Positions 10,876-23,311 of a DNA stretch of 40,294 bases are shown piece by piece (within the stretch, counting starts at the first letter, position 1; every line of letters starts with the position of its first letter). The DNA lies in the NCBI RefSeq assembly GCF_004010195.1, contig NC_057718.1, forward strand, positions 6,499,611 through 6,539,904, in the 5' to 3' direction. Source of the DNA: Chiloscyllium plagiosum (taxonomy: Eukaryota). A program made the translations under genes and the position numbers. A model generated the notes under the pieces. The model was not told the origin of the DNA. It ran no database searches and saw nothing but the letters and a program-made list of their open reading frames with translations.

Positions 10876-11453
10876 GGCTGTACAGTACATTGGTGAGGCC
10901 ACTGTTGGAATATTGTGTGCAATTCTGGTCTCCTCCCTATCGGAAAGATGTTGTGAAACTTGAAAGGCTTCAGAAAATATTTACAAGGATGTTGCCAGGG
11001 TTGGAGGATTTGAGCTATAGGGAGAGGCTGAACAGGCTGGGGCTGTTTTCCCTGGAACGTCGGAGGCTGAGGGGTGGCCTTATAGAGATTTACAAAATTA
11101 TGAGGGGCACGGATAGGATAAGTAGACAAAGTCTTCTCCTTGCGGTCGGGGAGTCCAGAACTAGAGGGGATAGGTTTAGGGTGGGAGGGGAAAAATATAA
11201 AAGAGACCTAAGGGGCAACTTTTTCACACAGAGCAGAGTCTGTGTATGGAATGAACTGCCAGAGGAAGTGGTGGAGGCTGGTACAATTGCAACATTTAAG
11301 AAGCATTTGGATGGGTATATGAATAGGAGGGGTTTGGAGGGATATGGGTAGGGTCCTGGCAGGTGGAACTAGATTGGGTTGGGTTGTGTCGGCATGGCCG
11401 CGTTGGACCGAAGGGTCTGTTCCCGTACTGTACATCTCTATGACTATATGACT
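10876..11453 (+). mobile_element. HER1/CR1 LINE 3' fragment (ORF 10890-11351)
   Basis: LVRPLLEYCVQFWSP...SLERRRLRG...WNELPEEVV; ends in a CTATGA-type tail. Confidence 0.92.
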
Positions 11454-11666
11454 GAATGTTATATTGAAACAAACTTATCTTGGAGCAGCGGTGACATCAT
11501 CAGAGCAGCTGAGGGCTGGAGGCATGGAGCAGAGTGGGAATGGGCAGCATCTGTAACGTTTGTCTCTTTAGCATCAGTCCTTATTTTTCTAACTTAGACT
11601 ATAAATAACTGTAAGGTGAGGTCACTGTTCTTCTTTATCTGTTTATTTTGTATCTAAGATCTGTGG

Positions 11667-11982
11667 ATTAGATTCCCTACAGTGTGGAAACAGGCCCTTC
11701 GGCCCAACAACTCCACACCGACCCTCCGAAGAGCAACGGACCCATTCCCCCACATTTACCCCTGACTAATGCACCTAACACAATGGGACAATTTAGCGTG
11801 GCCAATTCACCTAGCCTGTACATCTTTGGATTGCGGGAGGAAACTGGAGCAGCGGAGGAAACCCACACAGACACGGGGAGAATGTACAAACTCCACACAG
11901 AGAGTTGCCCGAGGCGGGAATTGAACCCGGGCCCCTACTGCTGTGAGGCAGCAGTGCTAACCACTGAGCCACCGTGCCACCC
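11667..11982 (-). mobile_element. HE1-like V-SINE inserted in a Rex/Babar-like 3' tail
   Basis: Full SINE on the minus strand; the downstream ACATGACAATAAACCTAATCC tail at ~12060-12092 resembles the end of the Rex1 copy at 30726. Confidence 0.88.
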
Positions 11983-12759
11983 TTGTACCTAAGCACTTTG
12001 GACTTAATTTGCAACCTGTAGGACAACACTGTAAACTTTTCACGATGCTTCTGTACTTGAGTAAACATGACAATAAACCTAATCCTAATTCTAAAATGGC
12101 CTATCTGTGTTCCTATTTCTTATGGTCTTAAGATCTTATCTTTTGTTTTATGTTCCAAAGATCGGTCATATTGTACTTGAAATGTTGACTCTCCACAGAT
12201 GCTGCCCAACCTGCTGAGATTCTCCAGCACTTTCCTTTTCTGTTTCGCATCTCCAGTAGCTATAGTAGCTGACTCTCACTCCATTTACCACCAGTTGGTG
12301 AGCACACATAACCCTTCAACTCTATCAACATGAAGTCACTGTCTGACTGCCCAAACCAGTTACCAGATAAATATTGCAACTCAGCGCACACAAATAAATC
12401 CAAGTTCAACTCTGATGCTTAAGTTGCAATGATGAGGAATCTCGTGGCCATATGGATTTCGCAAAGAGAGGATTTGGGGAATGCAAAATAGACAGAATGA
12501 TGCAACTTAATCTCAAAAAACCTCGATAAAAATTCTGTGAATCTCAGCAATAAAGCAAAATGTCAACACGAATCACTGAGGGAGAAACTTGACCACATGC
12601 ACTTCAGTGGTTAACCAACACTTACTCAAGAGTAACTCGCGATGAGCAATAAATGCCAGTCTTGATAGAAAGGCCCAAATGGCAAGAATCACATTTTTTA
12701 AAAAATGATGGAACGTCGGAGGTCCTTGACCATACATTATGAAAAGCTGGTATCTAAAT

Positions 12760-13385
12760 TCAGCGGGGAATCGGGAAGGCAAATGGAATGTTGGCTTTTA
12801 CTGTAAAGGGTATTCAGTATAAACGTGGCGAGGTCTTGCTGAAACCATGCAAGGCACTAGTCTGTTCATAACCGAAATACTCTGGACAGTCTTACCCCCT
12901 TTATTTAAGGAAAATATGCTGACATTCAAGGTAGTCCAGGGAAGGTTCATGAGCTTGATTCTGGTACGGAGGGATTTTCTTCTGAGAAGTTAGTAGGATG
13001 TATTTATACTTACAGGTGTTTAGAAGAATGAGAGGAAAACTTATTGTGACATGTAAAATTCTTATTTGAAAGGACAGATATGGAGAGGTAGTTCCCCCTT
13101 GTGGGAGAGTCTAGGAGGGTACAATCTCAGAGTAAGGGTCATCCATTCCAGACAGAGATGCAGAGGTTCATGAATCTGTTGGACTCTTTTCCGAAGAATG
13201 CTGTAAAGTTTGGGTAGTAAAGGGTATTCAAGGCTGAGCTAGGTTTTTAATCGGTCAGGGAATCAAGGGTTATGGGGTTATGCAGGAATGTGGAGTTGAG
13301 GATCATCAGAATAACATTGATCTAATTTAATGGCAGAGCGAACTTACTGGGCTGAATGGCCTACTATATTCTTATGTCTTATGGA
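12760..13385 (+). mobile_element. Old, diverged CR1 3' fragment
   Basis: Degenerate GGAATGTTGGC...TTTAGAAGAATGAGAGG...GGAATCAAGGGTTATGGGG...GGGCTGAATGGCCTAC. Confidence 0.75.
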
Positions 13386-14149
13386 GTTTAAGCTGAATCC
13401 AGTCAGCTTACTTTTGAACAAATGATATCTGAAAACGGTTGGTACATATTGTCCACAACTAATGTGGTGTGGGGACTGAAACACATAGAAAGGGATGTAA
13501 ACACTGCCTCATGTGTTAATGTAAAGGCTGTATCATGTCCAACCCCATTCCATCTCTGATGGAGAAACACTGAAGTTGAAAAAAATGAAGGAGTTCAGCC
13601 CCACTGCCTTAGTTTCTGAGCGAGTTCCACTTCAAATACCTTAAATAAATAAAGTTTCCCATTATTGAGACTTCTTGACTGTTCTGAAGGATAGTAAAAT
13701 GTTGCTTGTTACAGCACTTTGAGAGTAAAGATTCCTGTTCTGTTCATTCATAGTGTTTTAAAGTCTGTAATTATTTAAACAGTTGGTTCTAGAGGAGCTA
13801 ATAATAGGTCTGTAAGTGTTGGAAGGGCTAGACCACTTCCTCATGTTTGAGTTAACAGAAAGGGTTTTTTGTTTAATTTGGATGCATTGGTTCACAAATC
13901 AGTCATCTAATGATGTGATATTTGAAAGCAAATTTCCTTACCAGCCATTCTTGTGGCCTGTTCAACCATGACCAAATGATTTTGGCACCAATCAACAGTT
14001 GGTAAAGTCCTTTAGCCAAGATATTCCTCTGAGCGGCTTGGAATGATGGGTTCCGTGTTAACCATTGAAGTGCTCATGGTGTCCAATGAATAGTTGGGTA
14101 TTCTCCTTAACCGTTGAATGATCTCCTTGGCTTGTGGATGGCTGTAAAT

Positions 14150-14392
14150 GTTTAGACAGAGATGAGGAGGAACTTCTCAGTGGGTAATGAATCTGTGGGA
14201 CTCTTCACCACAAAGGGTAGAGGAGGTTGGACAATTACATCTATTCAAGACTGAGATGGATTTTTAATGGTTATTTGAAAAAAGGCAGCAAAGTGGAGAT
14301 GAGAGTTCTCAGATTTACCATGATCTCATTGAATGGTGGAGCAGACCTGATGGGCTGAATGGCCTACGTCTACTCCTGCATCTTATGGTCTG
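14150..14392 (+). mobile_element. CR1 3' tail fragment
   Basis: GAGATGAGGAGGAAC...GGGCTGAATGGCCTAC...TCTTATGGTC. Confidence 0.75.
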
Positions 14393-15044
14393 AAAGTAAG
14401 GGCCTTCAAGTGAAGCAGAATGCAATGGAGAAAATTGAATTATTCAGCTTTTACCCAAAAATTTTTGATGCTCTTTCTGTTGCTCATGCTATCAGGGTAG
14501 ATGTTTTAATGAGTCTTTTGGATTACAGCTGAGGAAACTGCATACCCTCCCACGGCCTGCTCTGCTACTCCTGACCAATACTGGCTTGTCTTAAAGGTGC
14601 CACAGAGGAATTTTCTATTTTTTTCGCTCTTTATCAACAAGTTTTGTTCCCGGACTGGCAAATGCTCACAGCCAATCAGGAACGTCTCAAATGAGAGCAA
14701 CCTTCCTTCACCAAAACAAACAGCACAGAAGCCACTTTTCTCATGGAACTGAGGGTCAACAGGAATAGAACATTGATGCAGAGCTTAGCTTTTTCTTTAA
14801 AGCTGTGAAGAATCTAACATCTGCTTCCATGGATGAAGATCTTCAATTAGGTTATGCCACAAATGAAGATTAAGGCTTTGCCTAATGGAAATATTCCAGA
14901 TGGAAAAAGGTTATAATTTGGTAATAGTGACAGATTGTTTTCATTACTCACTCACGTGGAGTGGGCACAAATTTGTAATAGTCTCATAACAATTGAAAGT
15001 TTAGGTTAGAATATGTTGTGAACCATTATAGTTCAATTTGGAAT

Positions 15045-15225
15045 GCACAAAAATTGAAATTGCTGAAGAAACTCGGCAGATCTGGTAGCATCCGTGCAGC
15101 TAAAAAATAAATCGCCAGTTCTGAACCAGGATCCCTGGGCACAAAATGTTACAGACATCCACAGACCTACTCAGTTCCTTCTGCAATTTCTGGTTTTCTG
15201 TATTCCAATTCTCCAGCATCTTAGT
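15045..15225. mobile_element. Degenerate PLE-derived fold-back (family C)
   Basis: AATTGCTGAAGAAACTCGGCAGATCTG and CAGACCTACTCAGTTCCTTCTGCAATT are inverted; related pieces lie at 9412-9512, 12177-12260 and 20568-20757. Confidence 0.55.
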
Positions 15226-15261
15226 TTTATTTTAGTTGATTTTGGAATTCTCTGCCCCAGG

Positions 15262-15515
15262 CCTTCGTTCATGGGATGTGGATGTCATGAGTTGGGCCAA
15301 CATTTATTGTCCAAAGAACGGTAAAGAGTTGCTACAGGTCTGGAGTCACAAGGAGGCCAGACCAGGTAAGGACGGCAGATTTCCTTCCTTAGAAAGGTGG
15401 TTAGCAATAATTAGTGGTGGTTGCATGGTCAACTTTTTAAATTTTTGTATGTTCTTGAACTCAAATATTGGCATCTTCATAACAATTGCTTGGGGGTGCT
15501 GGATTACTCATCCAG

Positions 15516-15516
<1 letters not shown>
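15262..15516 (-). mobile_element. Degenerate tRNA-SINE (1632-2156 family)
   Basis: GGTCTGGAGTCACAAGGAGGCCAGACCAGGTAAGGACGGCAGATTTCCTTCC core. Confidence 0.7.

Positions 15517-15578
<62 letters not shown>
15517..15578. repeat. (CA)31 microsatellite
   Basis: Perfect CA run. Confidence 0.98.
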
Positions 15579-15582
<4 letters not shown>

Positions 15583-15974
15583 TGGGTGACAGGCACTCCC
15601 CTACTGTGTATCCTCTACCCACACCCTTACCATGGTGAGGGGGCAAGGAATAAGATGCCAGCCAAAAATCCCACCCATTCGTAATTGCACAGAATGTATA
15701 AAGGTGGGAAGGAAAGAAATATACCCCCTTCAGAGGTTGGGGGGGAGGTGGTTGGGTTTTCCCTGCAGGCATGGTCTCCATGCATCGTGAGGGATCTCTT
15801 CCCACTCATAACCTCACAGCACTGAGATGGTAAACGCCCTTTCATGCTACATCTCCGCTCCCCCAGGCTCAAATGCAACCCCAATCCTCATCACAAGGAG
15901 ACAATGATCCCTCTCAAATCAAATTCCAGATTTATGGGAAACATTTTTTAAAAATTACTAGTGGGATACATAAA

Positions 15975-16240
15975 AACACAGAAACATAGAAAATAGCTGC
16001 AGCAGTAGGCTATTCAGCCCTTCAAGCCTGCACCACCATTCAATATGATCATGGCTGATCATGAATTCTCAATATCCCACTCCCCTTCATTCCTTTAGCT
16101 GCAAGGGCCACGTCCAGCTCCCTCTTGAATATAACTAATGAACTGGCCCCAACAGCTTCCCGTGGGAGAGAGTTCCACAGGTTCACAACTCTCTGAGTGA
16201 AAACATTCTTCCTCAGCTCAGTCCTGTGTGGCTTATCCCA
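15975..16240 (-). mobile_element. CR1 3' tail fragment
   Basis: AGAAACATAGAAAATAG...CAGCCCTTCAAGCCTGC...TTCCACAGGTTCACAACTCTCTGAGTG. Confidence 0.8.
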
Positions 16241-16306
16241 TGTTCCTTAATACCCATTAAACCCCCAGTGATGTCGCTGGCTGGGTCAACATTTATTGTC
16301 TGTGCC

Positions 16307-17495
16307 GAAAGTGAGGACTGCAGTTGCTGGAGATCAGAGTCTAGATTAGAGTGGTGCTGGAAAAGCACAGCAGGTCAGGCAGCATCTGAGGAGCAGGAAA
16401 ATCTGACATTTCGGGCAAAAGCACTTCCTCAGGAATGAGGCAGGGAGCCTCCAGGCTGGAGAGATAAATGGGAGGGGTGTGGGGCTGGGGAGAAGGTAGC
16501 CAAGAGGATAACAGGTGGATGGAGGTAGGGATAAAGGTGATAGGTCAGAGAGGGTGTGTGGAGCGGATAGGTGGGAAGGAAAATTGGCAGGTAGGACAGG
16601 TCATGAGGGCGGTGCTGAGCTGGAAGGTTGGAACTGAGGTAAGGTGGGGGGAGGGGAAATGAGGAAACTGGTGAAGTTCACATTAATGCCCTGGGGTTGA
16701 AGATGAGGCGTTCTTCCTCCAGGCATCGGGTGGTGAGGGAGTGGCGATGGAGGAGGCCCAGGTCCTCCATGTCCTCGGCAGAGTGGGAGGGGGAGTTGAA
16801 ATGTTGGGCCACAGGGAGGTGTGGTTGATTGGTGCGGGTGTCCCGGAGATGTTCCCTAAAGCGCTCTGCTAGGAGGCGTCTGAGCAGACTGGGGGTTCTG
16901 TCCTTGTTACAGTTGGAGGGGTGGGGTCTGAGGGCGGAGGTGCGGGATGTGGACAAGATGTGTTGGAGGGCATCTTCAACCACGTGGGAGGGGAAATTGT
17001 GGTCTTTAAAGAAGTTGGCCATCTGGTGTGTTCTGTGGTGGAACTGGTCCTCCTGGGAGCAGATACGGCGGAGGCGGAGGAATTGGGAATATGGGATGGC
17101 ATTTTTGCAGGAGGTAGGATAGGATGAAGTGTATTCCAGATAGCTGTGGGAGTCGGTGGGTTTGTAAAAAATGTCAGTATTGAGTCTGTCACCGTTGATG
17201 GAGATGGAGAGGTGCAGAAAGGGGAGGGTGGTGTCAGAGATGGTCCACGTGAACTTAAGTTCGGGGTGGAATGTGTTGGTGAAGTTGGTGAACTGCTCAA
17301 CCTCCTCATGGGAGCTTGAGGTGGTGCTGATGCAGTCATCAATGTAGCGGAGGAAGAGGTGGGGTGTGTTGCCAGTGTAACTACGGAAGATGGACTGTTC
17401 TACGTAGCCAACAAAAAGACAGGCATAGCTGGGGCCCATACGGGTGCCCATGGCTACCCCTTTGGTCTGGAGGAAGTGGGAAGATTCGAAGGAGA
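16307..17495 (-). mobile_element. Penelope-like retrotransposon (family A, Neptune-like), 5'-truncated and internally deleted; ORF 16678-17451
   Basis: RT motifs MGTRMGPSYACLF, LRYIDD, DIFYKPTD and AIPYSQFLRLRRICS; GIY-YIG C-half ERFREH...PVAQHFN; terminal repeat with a degenerate hammerhead at ~16400-16437. Confidence 0.9.
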
Positions 17496-17702
17496 ACTAG
17501 TTGCTGTTGAGAAGGTGGTGGTGAGCTGCCTTCTTGAACCTTTGCAGTCCACCTGGACCCATGACACCCTTCTGCAGGGAATTCCAGGATTTTGACCCCG
17601 CAAAGAAGAAAATTATATAGTCAGAATATTTGGAGGATACATGGAGGGAAGTACTTTCATACTCCTGCTTTCCTAGGCCTTCTCAGGCTTGCCTGTAACC
17701 CA

Positions 17703-17934
17703 ATAAGTAACTCTGCAGAGGCTAGTATCCCATCACCAAGTCCTCCTCTAGTTGCACATGAGCAGCCCTTGAGTTTAGTTCTGTCTCTTCAGATGAGCTC
17801 TCAAAGTGACAGTGTCTCTGACACTCCTGTTTCTATCTGTCATTCAGGGCTCCCTGATTAGACCAGTTTAACAGACCCAGTCAGGGAACTCATTCTCTGA
17901 GGGCTGGCTGGCTGATTCCATTACAATTACCACA
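17703..17934 (-). mobile_element. Solo LTR (Gypsy family of 38727)
   Basis: Similar along its length to 34794-35025, e.g. CAGGGCTCCCTGATTAGACCAG...TCAGGGAACTCAT. Confidence 0.7.
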
Positions 17935-18486
17935 GGAGCCACTTGTTACCAATCAAATAGATCAACCTCTGGCTCATAGGAGCAGGACATTCTCCTCTGA
18001 GGGGTGGAAGCCTCATTCTCAGGTAGTTAAGGCTGCATTATCCTTGTGGGACAGGCAGAATTAAAGTTAACAAGCTGCTGACTGACTGGGGATGGTGAGG
18101 GATGGATTCCCCTAAATAATTTGTATACGCAATGTTTTAGAACTAATTTTTTAAAAGAATGACTCACAGTACATGGAGTCAACAAAGATCTTTGAGGAGA
18201 TGACGCAGTGATAATTTAACTCTTGGAACAAAACGACCTACAGGAATCAGTTTGTCTCTCAGTCAATGCATTTCAATTCCTCAGAGGAATCCATCATTGA
18301 TCGTTTACCAGGACCCTCTCATCTGAGTGTTTCCCTTCAATAGAAAAATAAAGCATCCGTTGGAATAAACTCAACCAGAAGCCAAATACAGAAGAGTTCA
18401 TGGCCCTGATTAACTTCACAAATACCACAATGCCATCCATTCCCTGTTCCCAGGTCATAATTTTGGCTTAGTTAGGAAGCAGACTT

Positions 18487-18799
18487 GGCACGGAGGCTCA
18501 GTGGTTAGCACTGCTGCCTCACAGCACCAGAGAGGCGGGTTCAATTCCCGCCTCAGGCGACTGTCTGTGTGGAGTTTGCACATTCTCCCTGTGTCTGCGT
18601 GGGTTTCCTCTTGGTGCTCCGGTTTCCTCCCACAGTCACAAAGATGTGCAGGTTAGGTGAATTGGCCGTGCTAAATTGCCCGTAGTGTTAGGTAAGGGGT
18701 AAATGTAGGGGAATGGGTCTGGGTGGGTTGCTCTTCGGAGGGTCCGTGTCGACTTGTTGGGCTGAAGGGCCTGTTTCCACACTGTAAGTAATCTAATCT
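18487..18799 (+). mobile_element. HE1-like V-SINE, full length
   Basis: A/B boxes, V-domain and TAATCTAATCT tail. Confidence 0.9.
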
Positions 18800-18914
18800 T
18801 TATGGATGTGCAGATGCCTCGGACCATGTTCCTGGTTAGGGTGCAGATTGGAAATTGTTCCTCCAACACCATGCTTAAAAAGGTGACGTTCTTTTCTCCT
18901 CCTTCTTCTGGCAG

Positions 18915-19070
18915 CCCCTTCCACTCTGTGTGGCCTCTGCTTGTGCTCCCAGTCAGACTGTATTACAGGTGAAGCCGCTGCTGTTAGACTCAACTTTGGG
19001 AGCAACTGGTTGTGGGCAGAAGCCTTCAAATTGCCAAGATCTCCCTGACCACCTGAAGTACCTCTCCCTG
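18915..19070 (+). other. Candidate internal exon (156 nt, open in phase 0), product unknown
   Basis: GTGAC branch-like site, a ~21-nt pyrimidine tract and GGCAG acceptor; CTG|GTGAGT donor; 52 open codons PLPLCVASAC...DHLKYLSL. Confidence 0.3.
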
Positions 19071-19219
19071 GTGAGTTTGGCGTAATTAAGGCAACTGTGA
19101 AAAAGTATCAAAAGCAACAGCCAAAACAAACTGCCTTCTACTAGCCCCGGAAAATGATAAAGGTATTTGCCACAGTGTACAGCCAGTGCCAAGTGGATGC
19201 TGTTCTGTGAACACCAGAA

Positions 19220-20387
19220 GTTATAGAGTCATCAAACATAGAACATTACAGCACAGTACAAGCCCTTTGGCCCTCAATGTTGCACTGACCTGTGAAACCA
19301 ATCTGAAGCCTATCTAACCTACACTATTCCATTTTCATTCATGTGTTTATCCAATGACCATTTTAATGCCCTTAAAGTTGGCGAGTCTATTACTGTTGCA
19401 GGCAGGGCGTTTCATGTCTCTACTACTCTCTGAGTAAACAAACTACCTCTTACAGCTGTCCTATATCTATCACCTCTCAATTTAAATCTGTATCCCCTTG
19501 TGCTAGTCATCCCCATCCGAGGAAAAAAGCTCTCCCTGTCCACCCTATCTAACCCTCTGATTATCTTATGTGTCTCAATTAAGTCACCTCTCAACCTTCT
19601 TCTCTCTAACAAAAACAGCCTCAAATCTCTCAGCCTTTCCTCATAAGACCTTCCCTCCATAACAGGGAACATTCTAGTAAATCTCCTCTGAACCCTTTCC
19701 AAAGCTTCCACATCCTTCCTATAATGCAGTGACCACAACTGTACGCAATTCTCCAAGTGCGGCCGCACCAGAGTTTTGTACAGCTGCTAGATGACCTCAC
19801 GGCTCTGAAACTCTGTCCCTCTACCAATAAAAGCTAACACCCCATGTGCCTTCTTAACAACCCTATCAACCTGGGTGGCAACTTTAAGGGATCTATGTAC
19901 ATGAACATCGAGATCTCTCTGCTCATCCATGCCACCAAGAATCTTACCATTAGCCCAGTACCTTGTATTCCTGTTGCTCCTTTGAAAGTGAATCACCTCA
20001 CAATAAAAGCTAACACACCATGTGCCTTCTTAACAACCCTATCAACCTGGGTGGCAACTTTAAGGGATCTATGTACATGAACATCGAGATCTCTCTGCTC
20101 ATCTACGCCACCAAGAATCTTACCATTAGCCCAGTACCTTGTATTCCTGTTGCTCCTTTGAAAGTTAATCACCTCACACTTTTCTGCATTAAACTCCATT
20201 GCCACCTCTCAGGCCAGCTCTGCAGCTTATCTATGTCCCTTTGTAACCAGCAACATCCTTCAGCACTATCCACAACTTCACCGACCTTAGTGTCATCCAC
20301 AAATTTACTGACCCATCCTCTATGCCCTCATCGAGGTCATTTATAAAAATGACAAACAAAAGTGGCCCCAAAGCAGATCCTTGCCAT
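19220..20387 (-). mobile_element. CR1 LINE 3' portion
   Basis: [32 protein letters not shown] and ERRRLRGDLIE. Confidence 0.92.
19825..20176. repeat. Tandem duplication, 2 x 176 bp, inside the CR1
   Basis: 19825-20000 and 20001-20176 differ at about 4 positions. Confidence 0.95.
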
Positions 20388-20912
20388 ACAGTCATAAAGT
20401 CATACAGCATGAAACCAGACACTTCAGTCTAACTCATCCATGCCAACTAGGTTTCCCAAACCAAACTAGTCCCATTTGCCTGCATTTGTCCCATATCCCT
20501 CTGAATCATTCCTATACATGTACTTATCCAAATGTCTTTTAAATGTTAAAACTGTGCCTGCTTCCTCAAACAAAATGAGAGTTGCTGGAAAAACTCAGCA
20601 GGTCTGTGAAGAGAAATCAGAGTTAACATTTCGAGTCCTGTCACACTTCCTCAGATTTCTCTTCCCAGATGCTGCCAGACCTGCTGAGCTTTTCCAGCAA
20701 CTTCTGGTTTTGTTTCTGATTTACAGCATCTGCAGTTCTTTGAGTTTTCATTTAATACTTCCTCTAACAGTTCATTCCACATATGAGTCAACCATCTGTG
20801 TGAAAAGGTTACCCATCAGGTCCCTTTAAATCTTTCTCCTCTCAACTTAAAGTATGCCTCCTAGTTTTGAACTCCCTAACCCTGGAGAAAGGACCTTTGC
20901 TACTCATCCTAA
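20388..20912 (-). mobile_element. HER1/CR1 3' fragment interrupted by a PLE fold-back
   Basis: The tail GTCATAAAGTCATACAGCATG... is split at 20568-20757. Confidence 0.82.
20568..20757. mobile_element. PLE-derived fold-back insert (family C)
   Basis: AGTTGCTGGAAAAACTCAGCAGGTCTG and CAGACCTGCTGAGCTTTTCCAGCAACT are inverted; the right arm has a ~40 nt tail; CTTCCTC at 20561-20567 and 20758-20764. Confidence 0.78.
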
Positions 20913-20916
20913 CTAT

Positions 20917-21177
20917 GCCCTTCATCAGGAATGAGGCTGGGAGCCTCGGGGGTGGAGAGATAAATGGTGGGGGTGGGGGGTTCTGGGGAGAGGGTCTGGG
21001 GCGAAGGTAGTTGAGAGTGCAATAGGGGTAAAGGTGATAGGTCAGAGAGGAGGGTGGAGCGGATAGTGGGAAGGAAGATTGACAAGTGGGACAGGTCATG
21101 AGGACAGTGCTAAGCTGGAAGGTTGGAACTGAGGTAAGGTAGGGGGAGGGGAAATGAGGAAACTGGTGAAGTCCACA
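20917..21177 (-). mobile_element. PLE family A 3' UTR fragment
   Basis: Homologous to 16421-16682. Confidence 0.85.
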
Positions 21178-21249
21178 GGACCAGTTCAGCCAAACGAATG
21201 AGAGTGTCAGTGGAGGGGTACTGGTGGGGACGTCGGGAAAGGAATGATC

Positions 21250-21790
21250 TGACCAATGAAGGCAAAAGTGCCAAATGCCTTCTTTACCACCTGGCTACCT
21301 ATGACACAACTTTCAAAGAACTATATATGCCTAAACCTCGAGGTCTCTGTTTGGCAACACTCTCCAGAGAGCTATATACATAAGTCCTGCCCTTGTTCTT
21401 CTTACCAAAATGCAGCACCTCACATTTATCCAAATTAAACTCTCTGCCATTCCTCAGCCCATTGGCTCAATTGATCAATTGGTTTGTAATCTTAGACAAC
21501 CTTCTTCACTGTCCACTATACCACCAATTTTGATGTCATCAGCAAATTTACTAACCATGCCTCCTAAATTCTCATCCAAATCATTTATATAAAAGTGGAC
21601 CCGGTACTGATCCCTGTGGAATACCCTCTGAAAACCCTCGGACTGTCACCCTGTGTCTCCTACCATTAAGCCAATTTTGTATCCAATTGGCAATCTCTCC
21701 CTGAATCCCATGTGATCTAATTTTACTAATTAGTCTACCATGTGAAACCTTGTCAAAGGCTTTGCTAAAATCCGTGTCGGTAACATTGTA
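21250..21790 (-). mobile_element. CR1 RT fragment
   Basis: DFSKAFDKVSHGRL...GIPQGSVPGPLL. Confidence 0.88.
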
Positions 21791-22099
21791 CCTGAGAGAG
21801 TCTCCTGTTCTTACCACCTGCTAGAGACATGCTGGAATGATTTGCATTTTGATAACCAACTTATTTGGCTCCATCATGAATACATCTTCTGTGAGCAAAA
21901 GGTCCTGAAGTGGAACATCATCGTGAACACGGAACTTCTGGTTCAGAGCCAGAGCCATTACCCAATGTCCTGCAAGGTGACCATCTACAGTAACTAACCT
22001 CTCAGAAATCCATGATCTTTCTGAAAGAAGGTGCTGCTGGATGAATGTTCCTTTTGTGAGCTGAAGAAAGAGTGTTGGTGAGAGTGCCGGATAAAGGAA

Positions 22100-23030
22100 A
22101 GGCTTGCATTTATATTGTGTTTTTCATGACCATCGGCTGTCTCAAACTGCGTGACAGCCAATGTAGTATTTTTGAAGCATAGTCACCATTGTAGGAAATG
22201 CTGTAGCTAATTTGTTCACAGCAAACTTTCATAGATTGCAATGTGATATTGATCAACTGTTCTGTTTTTATGATGTTGCTTTAGGGATAATTATTGGTCA
22301 GGAAACTAGGATTAAATCTCCTACATTTTTTGAAATAGCAATGTGAGTTATAGAATCATAGAGCTGTACAGCATGGAAACAGACCCTTCGGTTCAACTCG
22401 TCCATGCCAACCAGATATCCTCAATTAATCTAGTCCCATTTGCCAGTATTTGGTCCATATCCCTCGAAACCTTTCTTATTCATATACCCATCCAGATGCC
22501 TTTTAAAGGTTGTAACTGTACCACTTCCTCTGGCAGCTCATTCCGTACACGCACCACCCTCTGCGTGAAAAAGTTGCCCTTAAGTCCTTTTTATATCTCC
22601 CTCCTCTCACCCTAAACCTATGCCCTCTAGTTCTGGATTCTCTCACCCCAGGGAAAAGACTTATCCATGCCCCTCATGATTTTATAAACCTCTATAAGGT
22701 CACCCTTCAGCCTCTGACGCTCCAGGGAAAGCAGTGCCAACCTATTCTGTTTCTCCCTGTTGCTCAAACCCTCCAATCCTGGCAACATCCTTGTAAGTCT
22801 TTTCTGAACCCTTTCAAGTTTCACAACATCCTTCCTATAGCAGGGAGACCAGAATTGCAAACGGTATTCCAAAACCTATGCAGAACACTACTCAGGATCT
22901 CTGTATAAAATTGTATTTGAAACTCAGCACCTCTGACAATGCAGAACTCCCTCAGTACTGCATTGGAACATCAACCTGGATTGTAGTATTCAGATCCCAG
23001 CTGAACTCTAAATGACACTGCTGAAGCCAA
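22100..23030 (-). mobile_element. DeuSINE (SacSINE1-like) split by a CR1 insertion
   Basis: Minus strand has the Deu-domain motif TGCAGTACTGAGGGAGTTCTGCATTGTCAGAGGTGCTG (~22925-22962) and the tail ATATAAATGCAAG (~22103-22115). Confidence 0.7.
22346..22873 (-). mobile_element. HER1/CR1 3' fragment
   Basis: EYRLQFWSPCYRKDVVKLERVQKR. Confidence 0.9.
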
Positions 23031-23109
23031 ATGCTTTGCATATGTGGATTATAGTCTACCATATAGCATTTGGTATCAAAACCACAATTGCACACATCAT
23101 TTTCCTTGA

Positions 23110-23311
23110 AATGAATGGGAATGCATTGCCTGGAGGAGGCAGGTTCAATTGAGGCATTCAAGATGGGCATTGGATGGTTACTTGGATAGAAAATGGTGTG
23201 CAGGGATGTGGGGAAAAGACAGGAGATTGGCACTGGATAATAGATCTAGGTAGTAAGTATGATGGGCCAAATGGCCTCCTTCTGCACTGTATCAATTCTG
23301 TACTTCTGTGA
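23110..23311 (+). mobile_element. CR1 3' tail fragment
   Basis: GGAATGCATTGCCTGG...GGGCCAAATGGCCTCCTTCTGCACTG. Confidence 0.7.

Noticed and set aside
13930..14100. Minus-strand coding exon ending at a GTAAGG donor
   Set aside because: There are stops in all three frames over the segment read, and no convincing acceptor.
15236..15805. ORFs with HT or CV dipeptide runs
   Set aside because: They are translations of the (CA)31 microsatellite.
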